A stretch of 64,000 nucleotides of DNA from contig CAVPTV010000007.1 of NCBI GenBank assembly GCA_963708765.1, positions 240,056 to 304,055 of the forward strand. The letters run 5' to 3'. This stretch comes from an uncultured Alphaproteobacteria bacterium. GTDB taxonomy: Bacteria > Pseudomonadota > Alphaproteobacteria > Rhizobiales > Xanthobacteraceae. The translations under genes were made by a program, and so were the position numbers. Each line of letters opens with the position of its first letter. Positions within the stretch are counted from its first letter, which is position 1. Of the stretch, positions 16,016-25,412 are shown one piece after another. The notes beneath the pieces are model-generated. The model was not told the origin of the DNA, ran no database searches, and was given only the letters and a program-made list of their open reading frames with translations.

Positions 16016-17558
16016 GGCGCGGCCGCCGCGCATGGAGCCGCTCGCCCGGCTGCCGGTCTTCCTCGCGCTCGACGGCAAGCGCGTGATGGTCGCCGGCAAC
16101 GGACCGGGAGCCGCGTGGAAGGCCGAGCTCCTGTCGGCGGCCGGCGCCGCCGTCGACGTCTACGCCGAGCAACCGTGCGACGAATTTCTCGCGGTCGCGG
16201 CCGATCCGCCGGGCGGCGCCATCGTGCTGCATGATCGCGCCTGGCAGGCAGCGGATTTGGCCGGAGCCGCGATCGCGGTCGGCGGCTTCGACGACGACCG
16301 CGAGGCGGCGCGCTTCGCGGCGGCGGCGCGCGCGGCCGGCATCCCGGTCAACGTGATCGACAAGCCCGCTCATTGCGACTTCTCGTTCGGCGCCATCGTC
16401 AACCGCTCGCCGCTGGTGATCGGCATCTCGACCGACGGCGCCGCCCCGGTGTTCGGGCAGGCGATCCGCGCCAAGCTCGAAGCCATGATCCCGCGCGGCT
16501 TCGCGCGCTGGGCCGACGCGGCGCGACGCTGGCGCGCGGCGGTGAAGTCATCGGGCCTCGCCTTCGCGGCGCGACGGCGGTTCTGGCAGCTGTTCACCGC
16601 CGTCGCGGTCACGCACCCGGACCGCGCGCCGGCGCAGGCCGATTTCGATGCGCTGCTGGATGACGTGCGAAGCGAGGGCGCCATGGCGGAAGCCGGCAGC
16701 GTCACGCTGGTCGGCGCCGGCCCCGGCAATCCGGAGCTGCTGACCTTGCGCGCGGTGCGCGCGCTGCAATCGGCGGACATCATCCTGATCGACGACCTCG
16801 TTGCGCCGGAGATCCTCGACTTCGCGCGCCGCGAGGCGAAGAAGATGATGGTCGGCAAGACCGGCTACGGCCCTTCGTGCAAGCAGGACGAGATCAACGC
16901 CTTGATGATCCTGCTGGCCAAGGCCGGCAAGCGGGTGGTGCGGCTCAAGGGCGGCGATCCGATGATCTTCGGCCGCGCCGGCGAGGAGATCGCGGCGTGC
17001 CGGGCGGCCGGGATTGCGGTCGAGGTGGTGCCCGGCATCACCGCCGCGCAAGGCGCGGCGGCGAGGCTTGCGGTCTCGTTGACGCAGCGCCGCGACTCTA
17101 TGGTGCGGCGGCTGCAATACGTCACCGGCCATGGCGAGGACGGACGGCTGCCGGCGGACACCGATTGGACGAGCCTGGCCGATCCGACCGCCACCACGGT
17201 GGTCTACATGCCGAAGAAGACGATCGCCGAGCTCACCGCACGCGCGATCGCCAGCGGGCTTCCGCCCGACACGCCTGCGGTCGCGGTCGCGGCCGTGACG
17301 CGCGCGGACGAGACGGTGATCGCCGGCACGGTGGCGGATATCGCCGTCAAGCTCGGCGCGCAGCCGCTCACTGGCCCGGTGCTGGTGCTGATCGGCCGGG
17401 TGTTCGCGGATGTTGGGACGCAAGCCCAGCAAACCAACGTCGCTCACGCGTCACGCGCGGCAATCGTGAGGTCGGCAACAGCGGTTTCGCCGTTGCCGCC
17501 ACGTTTCAATTCCGATCAATCGCAGAGATGTGCCAGTACACATAGCCCACAACAGTAA
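15990..17558 (+). CDS. cysG: Siroheme synthase (precorrin-2 dehydrogenase/ferrochelatase plus uroporphyrinogen-III methyltransferase).
   Basis: Intact ORF. The N-domain shows LPVFLALDGKRVMVAGNG and the SUMT domain shows VTLVGAGPGNPELLTLRA and GGDPMIFGRAGEE. A more likely start is ATG 16032 (MEPLARL). The C-terminal ~40 aa look like a non-conserved extension. Confidence 0.85.
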   Translation: MNASRIPTEARPPRMEPLARLPVFLALDGKRVMVAGNGPGAAWKAELLSAAGAAVDVYAEQPCDEFLAVAADPPGGAIVLHDRAWQAADLAGAAIAVGGFDDDREAARFAAAARAAGIPVNVIDKPAHCDFSFGAIVNRSPLVIGISTDGAAPVFGQAIRAKLEAMIPRGFARWADAARRWRAAVKSSGLAFAARRRFWQLFTAVAVTHPDRAPAQADFDALLDDVRSEGAMAEAGSVTLVGAGPGNPELLTLRAVRALQSADIILIDDLVAPEILDFARREAKKMMVGKTGYGPSCKQDEINALMILLAKAGKRVVRLKGGDPMIFGRAGEEIAACRAAGIAVEVVPGITAAQGAAARLAVSLTQRRDSMVRRLQYVTGHGEDGRLPADTDWTSLADPTATTVVYMPKKTIAELTARAIASGLPPDTPAVAVAAVTRADETVIAGTVADIAVKLGAQPLTGPVLVLIGRVFADVGTQAQQTNVAHASRAAIVRSATAVSPLPPRFNSDQSQRCASTHSPQQ

Positions 17559-17765
17559 CAAAAAGGATGACCATCTGAAGCGCACGTCCCTGCCATGTGC
17601 GCGGCACCATCATCCTGATCAGGCGATGACGCCATCGGAGCGGGAATCTCGGTCGTTTCATCGCTTTCGCAATGCCTGCTTGGTCGGACCGCCGCCTTCC
17701 GGGCCGGTCCGCCGCTCGCTATCATCTCCGGCGATACTATTGTCATTCCCTACCGGAGAACCAGC

Positions 17766-18236
17766 ATGTCCAGACTGTTCCTCGTCGCCGCCCTGCTGTC
17801 GATGCTCGCGGGCGCATCGCACGCGCAGACCTTCGAGAAGAAGAACTTCAACTACAGCGAATTCGCCAAGGGCGCGTTCTCCGAGGTGGTGACCGTCATT
17901 GGCCCCGGCAAGCTCGTCTATCTCGCCGGCATCGGATCGGAGGACGAGAAGGACGGCTCGGTCCGCCACAAGGACGACTTCCTGGCGCAGTGCCGGTTCG
18001 GCTGGGAGAAGGTCGGCAAGCTGCTCAAGGAGCATGGCGCGACCGTGTCCGACATCGTCAAGGCGACCACCTACGTCACCGACATGCGCTATCGCGACGA
18101 GATGCGCAAATGCCGCACCGAGGTGTTCACCGGCAAGCCGCTGCCGCCGCACACGTTGCTGCAGGTGGTGGCGCTGGCGCGGCCGGGCATGATGTTCGAG
18201 GTCGACGTGGTCGCGGCGGTGCCGGCCGGGAAGTGA
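17766..18236 (+). CDS. RidA/YjgF/endoribonuclease L-PSP family protein with an N-terminal signal peptide.
   Basis: Intact 156-aa ORF. The signal-like N-terminus is MSRLFLVAALLSMLAGASHAQ. The core motifs GKLVYLAGIG and ATTYVTDM are typical of the RidA fold. Confidence 0.7.
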   Translation: MSRLFLVAALLSMLAGASHAQTFEKKNFNYSEFAKGAFSEVVTVIGPGKLVYLAGIGSEDEKDGSVRHKDDFLAQCRFGWEKVGKLLKEHGATVSDIVKATTYVTDMRYRDEMRKCRTEVFTGKPLPPHTLLQVVALARPGMMFEVDVVAAVPAGK

Positions 18237-18304
18237 GCACGCCGCGCCTTTGTCCATCCTACGGCAGCACGGCCGCGAAATTCCGACCCGACCGGAGAGC
18301 TGCA

Positions 18305-18817
18305 ATGAGCGCCGACACACGGCTGAAGCTGGGGATTGCGTTGCTGCTCCTCGGGCTGGTCATGCCGGCCGGCACGGTGCTCGTTGCCGCAACGGACTGG
18401 CCGGTCGCGGTGAAGACGGTGGTCAGCGGCATTCTCTTGCTCGGTCTGGAGATCCTGATCGTTCCGGCCGTTGCCCTGATGGGCAAGGAGAACTTCGACC
18501 GCATCGTCGCCAGAGCGAAGGGCGTGCTCAAGACGTTGAAGCCGGCCGGCAATGTGGGCCGAACGCGCTACACGATCGGCCTGGTGATGTTGGTCGTGCC
18601 TCCGCTATTGGCCTGGATCGCCAGCTACGCTCCATCGTCCTGGCTGCCGCAGGATTACGCCGTCCGTGTGTGGGCCAATCTGGCGCTCGACCTGACCATC
18701 GTGGCCAGCTTGTTCGTGTTGGGAGGAGACTTCTGGGACAAGCTGCGGGCGCTGTTCCTGCACGAAGCGCGGGTCGTGTTTCCGTCCGCAGGGAATATGC
18801 AACAATCACCGCAATAG
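18305..18817 (+). CDS. Small integral membrane protein of unknown function (about 4 TM segments).
   Basis: ATG 18305 lies within the long + ORF 17672..18817. The product is MSADTRLKLGIALLLLGLVMPAG... with several hydrophobic stretches. I recognise no catalytic motif. Confidence 0.5.
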   Translation: MSADTRLKLGIALLLLGLVMPAGTVLVAATDWPVAVKTVVSGILLLGLEILIVPAVALMGKENFDRIVARAKGVLKTLKPAGNVGRTRYTIGLVMLVVPPLLAWIASYAPSSWLPQDYAVRVWANLALDLTIVASLFVLGGDFWDKLRALFLHEARVVFPSAGNMQQSPQ

Positions 18818-20363
18818 TCTGCTGCCGCGTGTGTGGCGCGCGCGTGCACCCTGACGGCCCTGACTCCTGGAACGCTTCCTCGCGCTTGCTGCGGATCGCC
18901 GGCAGCGCGACCAGGATGCACAAGAGCAGCGAGGCGATCAGCAGGCCGAGGCTGATCGGCCGGTTGAGGAAGATCATCGGGTCGCCGCCCGAAATGCGCA
19001 TCGCGCGCCGCAGGTTCTCCTCCATCAGCGGGCCGAGCACGAAGCCGAGGATCAAGGGCGCCGGCTCGCATTCGAGCCGCATGAACACGTAGCCGGCGAC
19101 GCCGAAGAAGGCGGCCAGCAGCACCGCCGCGCTGCTGTTGTTCACCGTGTAGACGCCGATGCCGCAGAACAGCAGGATCGCCAGATAGAGGAATCGATAC
19201 GGCACCCTGAGCAGCTGCACCCACATGCCGATCAGCGGCAGGTTGATGATCACCAGCATCAGGTTGCCGATCCACATGCTGGCGATCATGCCCCAGAACA
19301 TCGCCGGGCGTTCGGTCATGATCTGCGGACCCGGCTGGATGCCGTGAATGGTGAGCGCCCCGATCATCAGCGCCATCACGGCGTTGCCCGGAATGCCGAG
19401 CGTGAGCATCGGGATGAACGAGGTCTGCGCGCCGGCATTGTTGGCGGATTCGGGTCCCGCCACGCCTTCGACCGCGCCGTGCCCGAACCGTGAGGGGTCG
19501 TCGCTCGATTTCTTCTCGAGCGCATAGGCGGCGAACGCGCTCAGGGTGGCGCCGCCGCCCGGCAGCACGCCGAGGACGGAACCGAGCGCGGTGCCGCGCA
19601 GCACCGCCGGCCAGGCGCGATTGAAATCATCGCGCGTCGGCCATAGCCGGGTGATCTTCTGGGTGACCAGCGAGCGGCTGTCCTGCGGCCGCGCCAGATT
19701 GGCGATGATCTCGCCGATGCCGAAAATGCCGATCGCCAAGGTGGCGACATCGAGGCCGTCGGTCAGCTCGGTGATGCCGAAGGTGAAGCGGGTGCCGCCG
19801 GTATTGCCGTCGGTGCCGACGAGACCGATCAGCAGCCCGAGGATGATCATTGCCACCGCCTTGATCACCGAGCCGTGCGCCAGCACGACCGCGGCGATCA
19901 GGCCGAGCACCATCAGCGAGAAATATTCCGGCGCGCCGAACGACTGGCCGATCTTGGCGAGCGGCGGCGCAAAGGTCGCGATCAACATGGTCGCCACGCA
20001 GCCGGCAAAGAACGAGGCGAGCGCCGCCACCGCCAGCGCCGCGCCGGCACGGCCCTGGCGCGCCATCTGGTGGCCGTCGATGCAGGTCACCACCGAGGAG
20101 GTCTCGCCCGGCAGGTTCACCAGGATGGCGGTGGTCGAGCCGCCGTATTGGGCGCCGTAGAAGATGCCGGCGAGCATGATCAGGCCGGAGGTCGGCTCGA
20201 GGTGGAACGTCAGCGGCAGCAGCATCGCGATGGTGGCGATCGGACCGATGCCGGGCAGCACGCCGATCAAGGTGCCGATCATCGCGCCGGCGAGCGCGAA
20301 GAACAGGTTCGCCGGCGTCAGCGCCACCCCGAACCCGACCGCGAGGTTGTCGAGCAGCTCCAT
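18528..20363 (-). CDS. tctA: Tripartite tricarboxylate transporter large permease TctA. The last ~100 codons look like read-through beyond the native end.
   Basis: The ORF starts MELLDNLAVGFGVALTPANLFFALAGAMIGTLIGVLPGIGP and is TctA-like through ..ALPAIRSKREEAFQE (~18865). After that the sequence is R/P/A-rich and overlaps the convergent gene 18305..18817 by ~290 bp. The first in-frame stop is at 18528. Confidence 0.8.
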   Translation of the reverse strand: MELLDNLAVGFGVALTPANLFFALAGAMIGTLIGVLPGIGPIATIAMLLPLTFHLEPTSGLIMLAGIFYGAQYGGSTTAILVNLPGETSSVVTCIDGHQMARQGRAGAALAVAALASFFAGCVATMLIATFAPPLAKIGQSFGAPEYFSLMVLGLIAAVVLAHGSVIKAVAMIILGLLIGLVGTDGNTGGTRFTFGITELTDGLDVATLAIGIFGIGEIIANLARPQDSRSLVTQKITRLWPTRDDFNRAWPAVLRGTALGSVLGVLPGGGATLSAFAAYALEKKSSDDPSRFGHGAVEGVAGPESANNAGAQTSFIPMLTLGIPGNAVMALMIGALTIHGIQPGPQIMTERPAMFWGMIASMWIGNLMLVIINLPLIGMWVQLLRVPYRFLYLAILLFCGIGVYTVNNSSAAVLLAAFFGVAGYVFMRLECEPAPLILGFVLGPLMEENLRRAMRISGGDPMIFLNRPISLGLLIASLLLCILVALPAIRSKREEAFQESGPSGCTRAPHTRQQTIAVIVAYSLRTETRPALRAGTAPAACPRSLLPTRTSWPRWSGRAPDWPTHGRRNPAAARTMERSWRSRPIAEARPTSPGRSCSAFGPHCRPASTS

Positions 20364-20874
20364 CTACCACTCCGGCCAGACCGGGATCGTGAGCCCGAGC
20401 CCGAGAATGAAGATCGCCCAGGACAGGACGATCAGCACCAGCGCGGCGGCGGCCGTCTCGAGCGGCCGCAAGGCGCGCGCCGCGACCGAGCCGAGCCCGA
20501 CCAGCAACAGAATCGAAACGACGAGCCCGAGCCGCTCGATCGCGAGCCCGAAAACCACCAGGCTCACGGTGACGAAAACGACCGGCCGCCACGCGGCTGA
20601 CGCCGCCGGCCGCAACCGTGCGCTCGGCTTGCGCCGCGCGCAGCCCCTGCAGGAAAACGACGGCGCCGAGCCCGAGCAGGATCCAGCACAACAGCCGCGG
20701 CACATAGCCGGTGCCCATGCGGAACGCGGTGCCGATCGGATAGTCGCGCGAGAGCCACAGGCCGAACGCCGCCACGGCCATGAACATGAGCCCCGCCAGC
20801 ACGTCCTTGCGGGCGAGCATGTGCCACGCCGCGGACCGGGGCGGCGCTGCCTGCGGGTGGCCGTCGGTCGTCAT
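20364..20874 (-). pseudogene. tctB: Tripartite tricarboxylate transporter small subunit TctB. One frameshift near 20600.
   Basis: The N-terminal part, MTTDGHPQ..LMFMAVAAFGLWLSRDYPIGTAFRMGTGYVPRLL, lies in the frame of ORF 19627..22347. The C-terminal part, WRPVVFVTVSLVVFGLAIERLG..TIPVWPEW, is ORF 20364..20705. It ends one base before the tctA start. Confidence 0.75.
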
Positions 20875-20897
20875 CGACTCATCCGGATGCGTCGGAG

Positions 20898-22586
20898 CTA
20901 GGAATCGACTGCGGGAATGAACGGCAGCAACAGATAGGACTCGCGCTCGCCGCCAGCATATATCGTATTGGTGCCGGTGTTGTAGTCGGCGTGGTAGTGC
21001 ATGTAGGAGGCGCTGCCGACGCCGTCGCGCGGCTGCACGTCGAGACGGATGCGGTGGCCCTTCCGGAACACCATCGAGGTCGGCCAGATCTCGACCTCGA
21101 CCCGCACGATCTCGCCGGGGGTCAGATAGAGCCGGCGCTGATGCTTGTGATAGGGCCGATACGGCAGCGACAAGTCCGGATCGAGCTCGCGATGCGAGAC
21201 CCGCAGCCAGCCTTTCGCCACCGGCACCGGCGTGCCCTGCTGGCCGGTCTCCAGCACCTCGTTGCCGTCGGCATCGATGTTGCGCAGCGTGAGGAACAGA
21301 TCCATGTCCTCGGTCGAGCTCGAGACCCACAGCACGGCCGCGACCGGGCCGGTGACCTCGACGTCCTGCGGCAGCGGCGGCGTCTCCAGCGCAATCCCCA
21401 TGCCGGGCTTGATCCCGCCGCCCATCACCTGCGAGGACGCCGCCGAGGTCGAGCCCATCGAGCCCAGGCTGGTCGCCGGATAGGTGCGCGAGCCGGCCGT
21501 GTCGGGATTGGTGGAGACGAGCCCGCCTGAATTCTCCGCCATGCCGGGCGCGGGCGGCGAGAGATCGAAATAGAGCCTGGTCCACTTGGTGCGCGCGAGC
21601 GGCCATTCGTGCTCGTGCCGCCACTCGATCCGGTCGCGGCCCTGGCGGATCGCGAGCTTCACCGGCGGCTCGTCCATCACGCCGTTGTCGATGCCCTTGA
21701 GCCAGTAGTCGAAGAAGCGCAGCTGATCGGCCCGCCCCTCCTCGGTATAGAACGGATGCACGTGGGTGCCGGCATGGATGCGAAGCTTCTTGTGCTTGGA
21801 GGCGGCGCGCATGAACGCTTCGGTATTGCCGCGCAGATGCAGCGCCATGCCCGACCAGTTGCCGACCGTGAACATCGGCACGGTGATCCTGTCCCATTGC
21901 GCCTGCGCGCCGCGCAAGGCGCCGCTGTCGAGATTGTTGCTGAGCCAGAAATGCAGCGTGTTGGCCTGCCAGGCGTTCGGAACGTGCCGGGAGGCGCGCC
22001 CGACCACGTGATGCATCAGGTGCGCCGTGAACCAGTTGGACATGAACAGGCTGAGGATGCCGCCATGGAACAGCGCGTCGCGGTAGAGATCGGCGAAGCC
22101 TTCCCAGGGCATGATCGCCTTCAGCGAGGGCGGCTGATGATTGGCGACGAACCACTGATTGATGGCGAAATACGAAATGCCGGAGAGCCCGACGTTGCCG
22201 TTGCACCACGGCTGCGCCGCCGCCCATTCGATGGCGTCGTAGAAATCGATCGACTCGGCGAGCGACCAGGGCTCGCACTGGCCGGGTGACTTTCCGCTGC
22301 CGCGCCCGTCGACCCGCACGGCCGCGTAGCCGCGCGGCACCCACCATTGCGGATTGACGGTCTCCCAGTTCATCAGCGGGTTGGGCTTCTCCTCGAGCGT
22401 GTCGGGAGGGACCCAGAGCTTGTCCTTCTGGTAGGGACCGAGATTGAGAATGGCGGGGAACTTGCCGGCGTCGTCGGGCCGGAAAACGTCGGCCTTGAGC
22501 CGGGCGCCGTCGCGCATCGGGACGTCGACGTCCTTCTCGACCAGCAGCTCGTAGGCCGGAACGGCGGGCGCCGGCTCCATCTTCAT
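20898..22586 (-). CDS. CocE/NonD family hydrolase (S15 X-Pro dipeptidyl-peptidase-like alpha/beta hydrolase).
   Basis: Intact 562-aa ORF. It shows VPMRDGARLKADVFRP, RGYAAVRVDGRGSGKS and the nucleophile-elbow-like segment GLSGISYFA, with a C-terminal beta-sandwich-like part. Confidence 0.8.
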   Translation of the reverse strand: MKMEPAPAVPAYELLVEKDVDVPMRDGARLKADVFRPDDAGKFPAILNLGPYQKDKLWVPPDTLEEKPNPLMNWETVNPQWWVPRGYAAVRVDGRGSGKSPGQCEPWSLAESIDFYDAIEWAAAQPWCNGNVGLSGISYFAINQWFVANHQPPSLKAIMPWEGFADLYRDALFHGGILSLFMSNWFTAHLMHHVVGRASRHVPNAWQANTLHFWLSNNLDSGALRGAQAQWDRITVPMFTVGNWSGMALHLRGNTEAFMRAASKHKKLRIHAGTHVHPFYTEEGRADQLRFFDYWLKGIDNGVMDEPPVKLAIRQGRDRIEWRHEHEWPLARTKWTRLYFDLSPPAPGMAENSGGLVSTNPDTAGSRTYPATSLGSMGSTSAASSQVMGGGIKPGMGIALETPPLPQDVEVTGPVAAVLWVSSSTEDMDLFLTLRNIDADGNEVLETGQQGTPVPVAKGWLRVSHRELDPDLSLPYRPYHKHQRRLYLTPGEIVRVEVEIWPTSMVFRKGHRIRLDVQPRDGVGSASYMHYHADYNTGTNTIYAGGERESYLLLPFIPAVDS

Positions 22587-22608
22587 GGCGGTGATCCCCC
22601 GGCTATCT

Positions 22609-22781
22609 GTAGGGTGGGCAAAACCTGTCCCCGGCTCCGACCGGGGATCGCTGCTGTACCGTTGATGGTGAGCACGGTGCGCGCGCGATTTTGCCCACCG
22701 AGCCCCTTGAGGTGGTGGGCAAAATCGCGCGATACATGCGCCTCACCGCAGCGACACGACAGGCGATTTTGCCCACCCTAC
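22609..22781. repeat. Nested palindromic REP-like element (GTAGGGTGGGCAAA family).
   Basis: Outer inverted repeat: gtagggtgggcaaaac (22609-22624) and attttgcccaccctac (22766-22781). Inner perfect 18-bp inverted repeat: cgcgcgattttgcccacc (22682-22699) and ggtgggcaaaatcgcgcg (22714-22731). Confidence 0.85.
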
Positions 22782-22785
22782 GAAA

Positions 22786-23769
22786 TCAATCCGGCAGCTC
22801 GACCTTGATCTCTTCGGTGAGCTTCTTCCAGTTCGCGGTCTCGGCCTTGTCCCAAGCCTTCGCCTCGTCGATCGACGCACTGGGGACCGCTTTGATCATC
22901 TGCTTCTTGAACGCCGTCGTGACCGGCTCGGATTTGAGCGACTGCACCGCCGCCTTGTGCAGCGTCTCGAGCACGTCGCGCGGGGTCGCGGCCGGCGCGT
23001 AGAGCGCCGACCACAGGCCCTTGCCGTGCGCATAGCCGAGCTCCCGGAGCGTCGGCAGGTCGGGATATTCGGGCACCCGCTCATCCGCCATGACCGCCAA
23101 GGCGCGCAGCTGTCCACCCTTGATCACGCCCGCCGGAGCTCGCCGCGTTGACCAGGGCCACATGCGCGTCGCCGGTGACCAGGTCGTTGGTGATGGCGGC
23201 GCCGCCGCCCTTGTTCGGCAGATGCACCATCTGGATGCCGGCCCACTTGGCGAAGGCTTCCATGTCGTAGTGGTTGTTGCTGCCGATGCCGACGCTGGCG
23301 TAGCGGACCTTGCCGGGATTGGCCTTGGCGTAGGCGATGAACTCCGCATAGGTCTTGGGCGCGAAATCCTTGGTGGTGGCGGCGAGCACGAGCGGCACCT
23401 CGCTCAAGCGCGTCACCATCAGCACGTCCTTGTCGTAGTCGATCTTGAACTTCTTCTTGTAGATGATCGGCGCGAGCGCGTTGGTGCCGGGATTGCCGAT
23501 CTGCAGCGTGTAGCCGTCGGGGCGCGAGCGCGCCATTTCCTCGATGGCGATGATGCCGAAGGCGCCGGGCTTGTTCTCGATCACCACCGGCTGGCCGAGG
23601 ATCGGCCGCATGTGCTCGCCGACGATGCGGACGACGATGTCGGTGGCGCTGCCCGGCCCGAACGGCACCACCACCTTGACGGGCTTCGACGGGAACTTGT
23701 CCTGCGCCGCCGCCGCGCCGGCGACCGCAAGGCAACCCGCGGACAGCAGGAGAATGCCAATCGCTTCAT
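22786..23769 (-). pseudogene. Bug-family (TctC-like) periplasmic substrate-binding protein 1. Frame breaks near 23760 and 23130.
   Basis: ATG 23769 (MKR) follows SD ggagga. The body, IGILLLSAGCLAVAGAAAAQDKFPSKPVKVVVPFGPGSATD..NAASSG, lies in the frame of ORF 23081..24931. The tail, GVIKGGQLRALAV..EEIKVELPD, is ORF 22786..23349. The break right after the start behaves as a 1-bp deletion, the only clear one in the window. Confidence 0.75.
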
Positions 23770-24846
23770 GTGTCCTCCATGCGGAGCGAATGCAGCGAAT
23801 CGCGAGATCGAGGTCGCCGCCATGATCGCTGCTCGCCACTCGCTGATCACCGGAGCGCCACTCCGCCAATGATCGATCTTCACCTCGGCGGTGATCTTGC
23901 GCCAGGCGGCGAGCTCGTTCTTCAGCCACGACTGCGCCTCCTCCAGGGATTCGCTCGGCTTGACGGTGACGAGTTGCTTGGCGAAGGCCTCCTGCAGCTG
24001 CGGCACCTTGGACGCATCGACGATCGCCTTGTAGATCGTCGCCAGCGTTTCCTTCGGCGTATTGGCCGGCGCCAGCATGCTCTGCCAATGCAGGGTGCCG
24101 ACGCCCGGAAAACCGACCTCCGCCAAGGTCGGAACGTCCGGATAGTCGGCCAGACGCTGCTCGGCCCGCACCGCGACCGGTCGCAGCTTGCCGGCCTTGA
24201 TCATCGCCGCCGAGCTGGCGGCATTGAGGAACGCCACCTGCGCGTCGCCGACCACGAGATCGTTGATCATGCCGGCGGCGCCGCTCTTGTTCGGGATATG
24301 GATCATCTCGACGCCGGCGCGCCGGGCGAAGATCTCCATGTCGTAATGCGGGAAGCTGCCGACCCCGGCGCTGGTGTAGCGGACCTTGCCGGGATTCTTC
24401 TTGGCGAGCGCGATCACGTCCTGCACGCTCTTGGCGTCGAAATTCGCCGTGGTGGTGAGCAGGAAGGACGGATAGATCGCCATCCGCGACACCGACACCA
24501 CGTCGCGCTCGAAGTTGATCGCGAACTTCTTCTGGAACAGCACCGGCGTGATCGCATTGGTCGAGACGTTGCCGACGAACAGCGTGTAGCCGTCGGGCCG
24601 CGAGCGGGCCATTTCCTCGATCGCCAGAATGCCGAAGGCGCCCGGCTTGTTCTCGACCACGAACTGCTGGCCGAGGCTCTGGCGCATCTGCTCGCCGAAG
24701 ATGCGCGAGGTGATGTCGGTCGCTCCGCCCGGCGCGTACGGCACGACGATCTTCACGGGCTTCGATGGATATTTGTCCTGCGCCGAAGCCGTGACCGTGC
24801 CGGCCACGAGAGCGAGCAATGCCAGAACGCAGCCGATCCGCCTCAT
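23581..24846 (-). CDS. Bug-family (TctC-like) periplasmic substrate-binding protein 2. The native stop is apparently missing, so the ORF runs on into the next gene.
   Basis: The product starts MRRIGCVLALLALVAGTVTASAQDKYPSKPVKIVVPYAPGGATD and is Bug-like for ~326 aa (to ..WRKITAEVKIDH, ~23869). It then reads through to 23581. A +1 shift near 23875 would give a stop at 23847-23849. Confidence 0.75.
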   Translation of the reverse strand: MRRIGCVLALLALVAGTVTASAQDKYPSKPVKIVVPYAPGGATDITSRIFGEQMRQSLGQQFVVENKPGAFGILAIEEMARSRPDGYTLFVGNVSTNAITPVLFQKKFAINFERDVVSVSRMAIYPSFLLTTTANFDAKSVQDVIALAKKNPGKVRYTSAGVGSFPHYDMEIFARRAGVEMIHIPNKSGAAGMINDLVVGDAQVAFLNAASSAAMIKAGKLRPVAVRAEQRLADYPDVPTLAEVGFPGVGTLHWQSMLAPANTPKETLATIYKAIVDASKVPQLQEAFAKQLVTVKPSESLEEAQSWLKNELAAWRKITAEVKIDHWRSGAPVISEWRAAIMAATSISRFAAFAPHGGHMKRLAFSCCPRVALRSPARRRRRTSSRRSPSRWWCRSGRAAPPTSSSASSASTCGRSSASRW

Positions 24847-24964
24847 TGCTTCCTCCTGGAACCTTGTTGGCGCCGCCCCGACCCCGATGGGCGGCCTCCC
24901 AACGAGTGTAGACCAAGCCGGCCGCCCGCAACAGGCGATGGACCGCGCGATTTGGTCGCTACGA

Positions 24965-25369
24965 TTACTGACTCCTGATGCCGTGCAGGCTGTGGGAGGC
25001 GTCCTTCACGGTGAAGAACACCACGTCGGCGTCGGGCGTCGCGCCGCCGGAATGCACGACATTCGACGGCACGTAGACCACCGAGCCGGGCTTGGCCTCG
25101 ACCTCCTGGTCGCCGATCTTCGCCCGGAACGTGCCCTCCAGAATGTAGATCCACTGCTCGTTCGGGTGCGAATGCGGCTGCGCCCCGGTGCCGGCCGGCA
25201 TGCGCATCAGCCCGACGATCATCCGATCGCCCTCGACGCAGGCGCCGTTGGCGGTCGAGTAGTCGGGACCGCCGAGGATGTGGTTCACCTTGGCGAGATC
25301 GAACACGTACTCGCCGGCGCCCGCGCGGGTGGCGCCGGGCGTTCGCGCGGCGGCGGCTGGCTGAGACAT
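24965..25369 (-). CDS. Cupin domain protein.
   Basis: Intact 134-aa ORF with the cupin metal motifs PHSHPNEQWIYILEG and VYVPSNVVH. Confidence 0.7.
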   Translation of the reverse strand: MSQPAAAARTPGATRAGAGEYVFDLAKVNHILGGPDYSTANGACVEGDRMIVGLMRMPAGTGAQPHSHPNEQWIYILEGTFRAKIGDQEVEAKPGSVVYVPSNVVHSGGATPDADVVFFTVKDASHSLHGIRSQ

Positions 25370-25412
25370 TGCGGTTTCCTCCGTTGATGTTTTTCCAGTT
25401 GAGCGCCTGGGA

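Noticed and set aside
19627-22347. 906-aa minus-strand ORF spanning tctA, tctB and the CocE gene.
   Set aside because: It is mostly an off-frame read-through. Only the short segment 20600-20874 (the TctB N-terminus) is genuine coding sequence in this frame.
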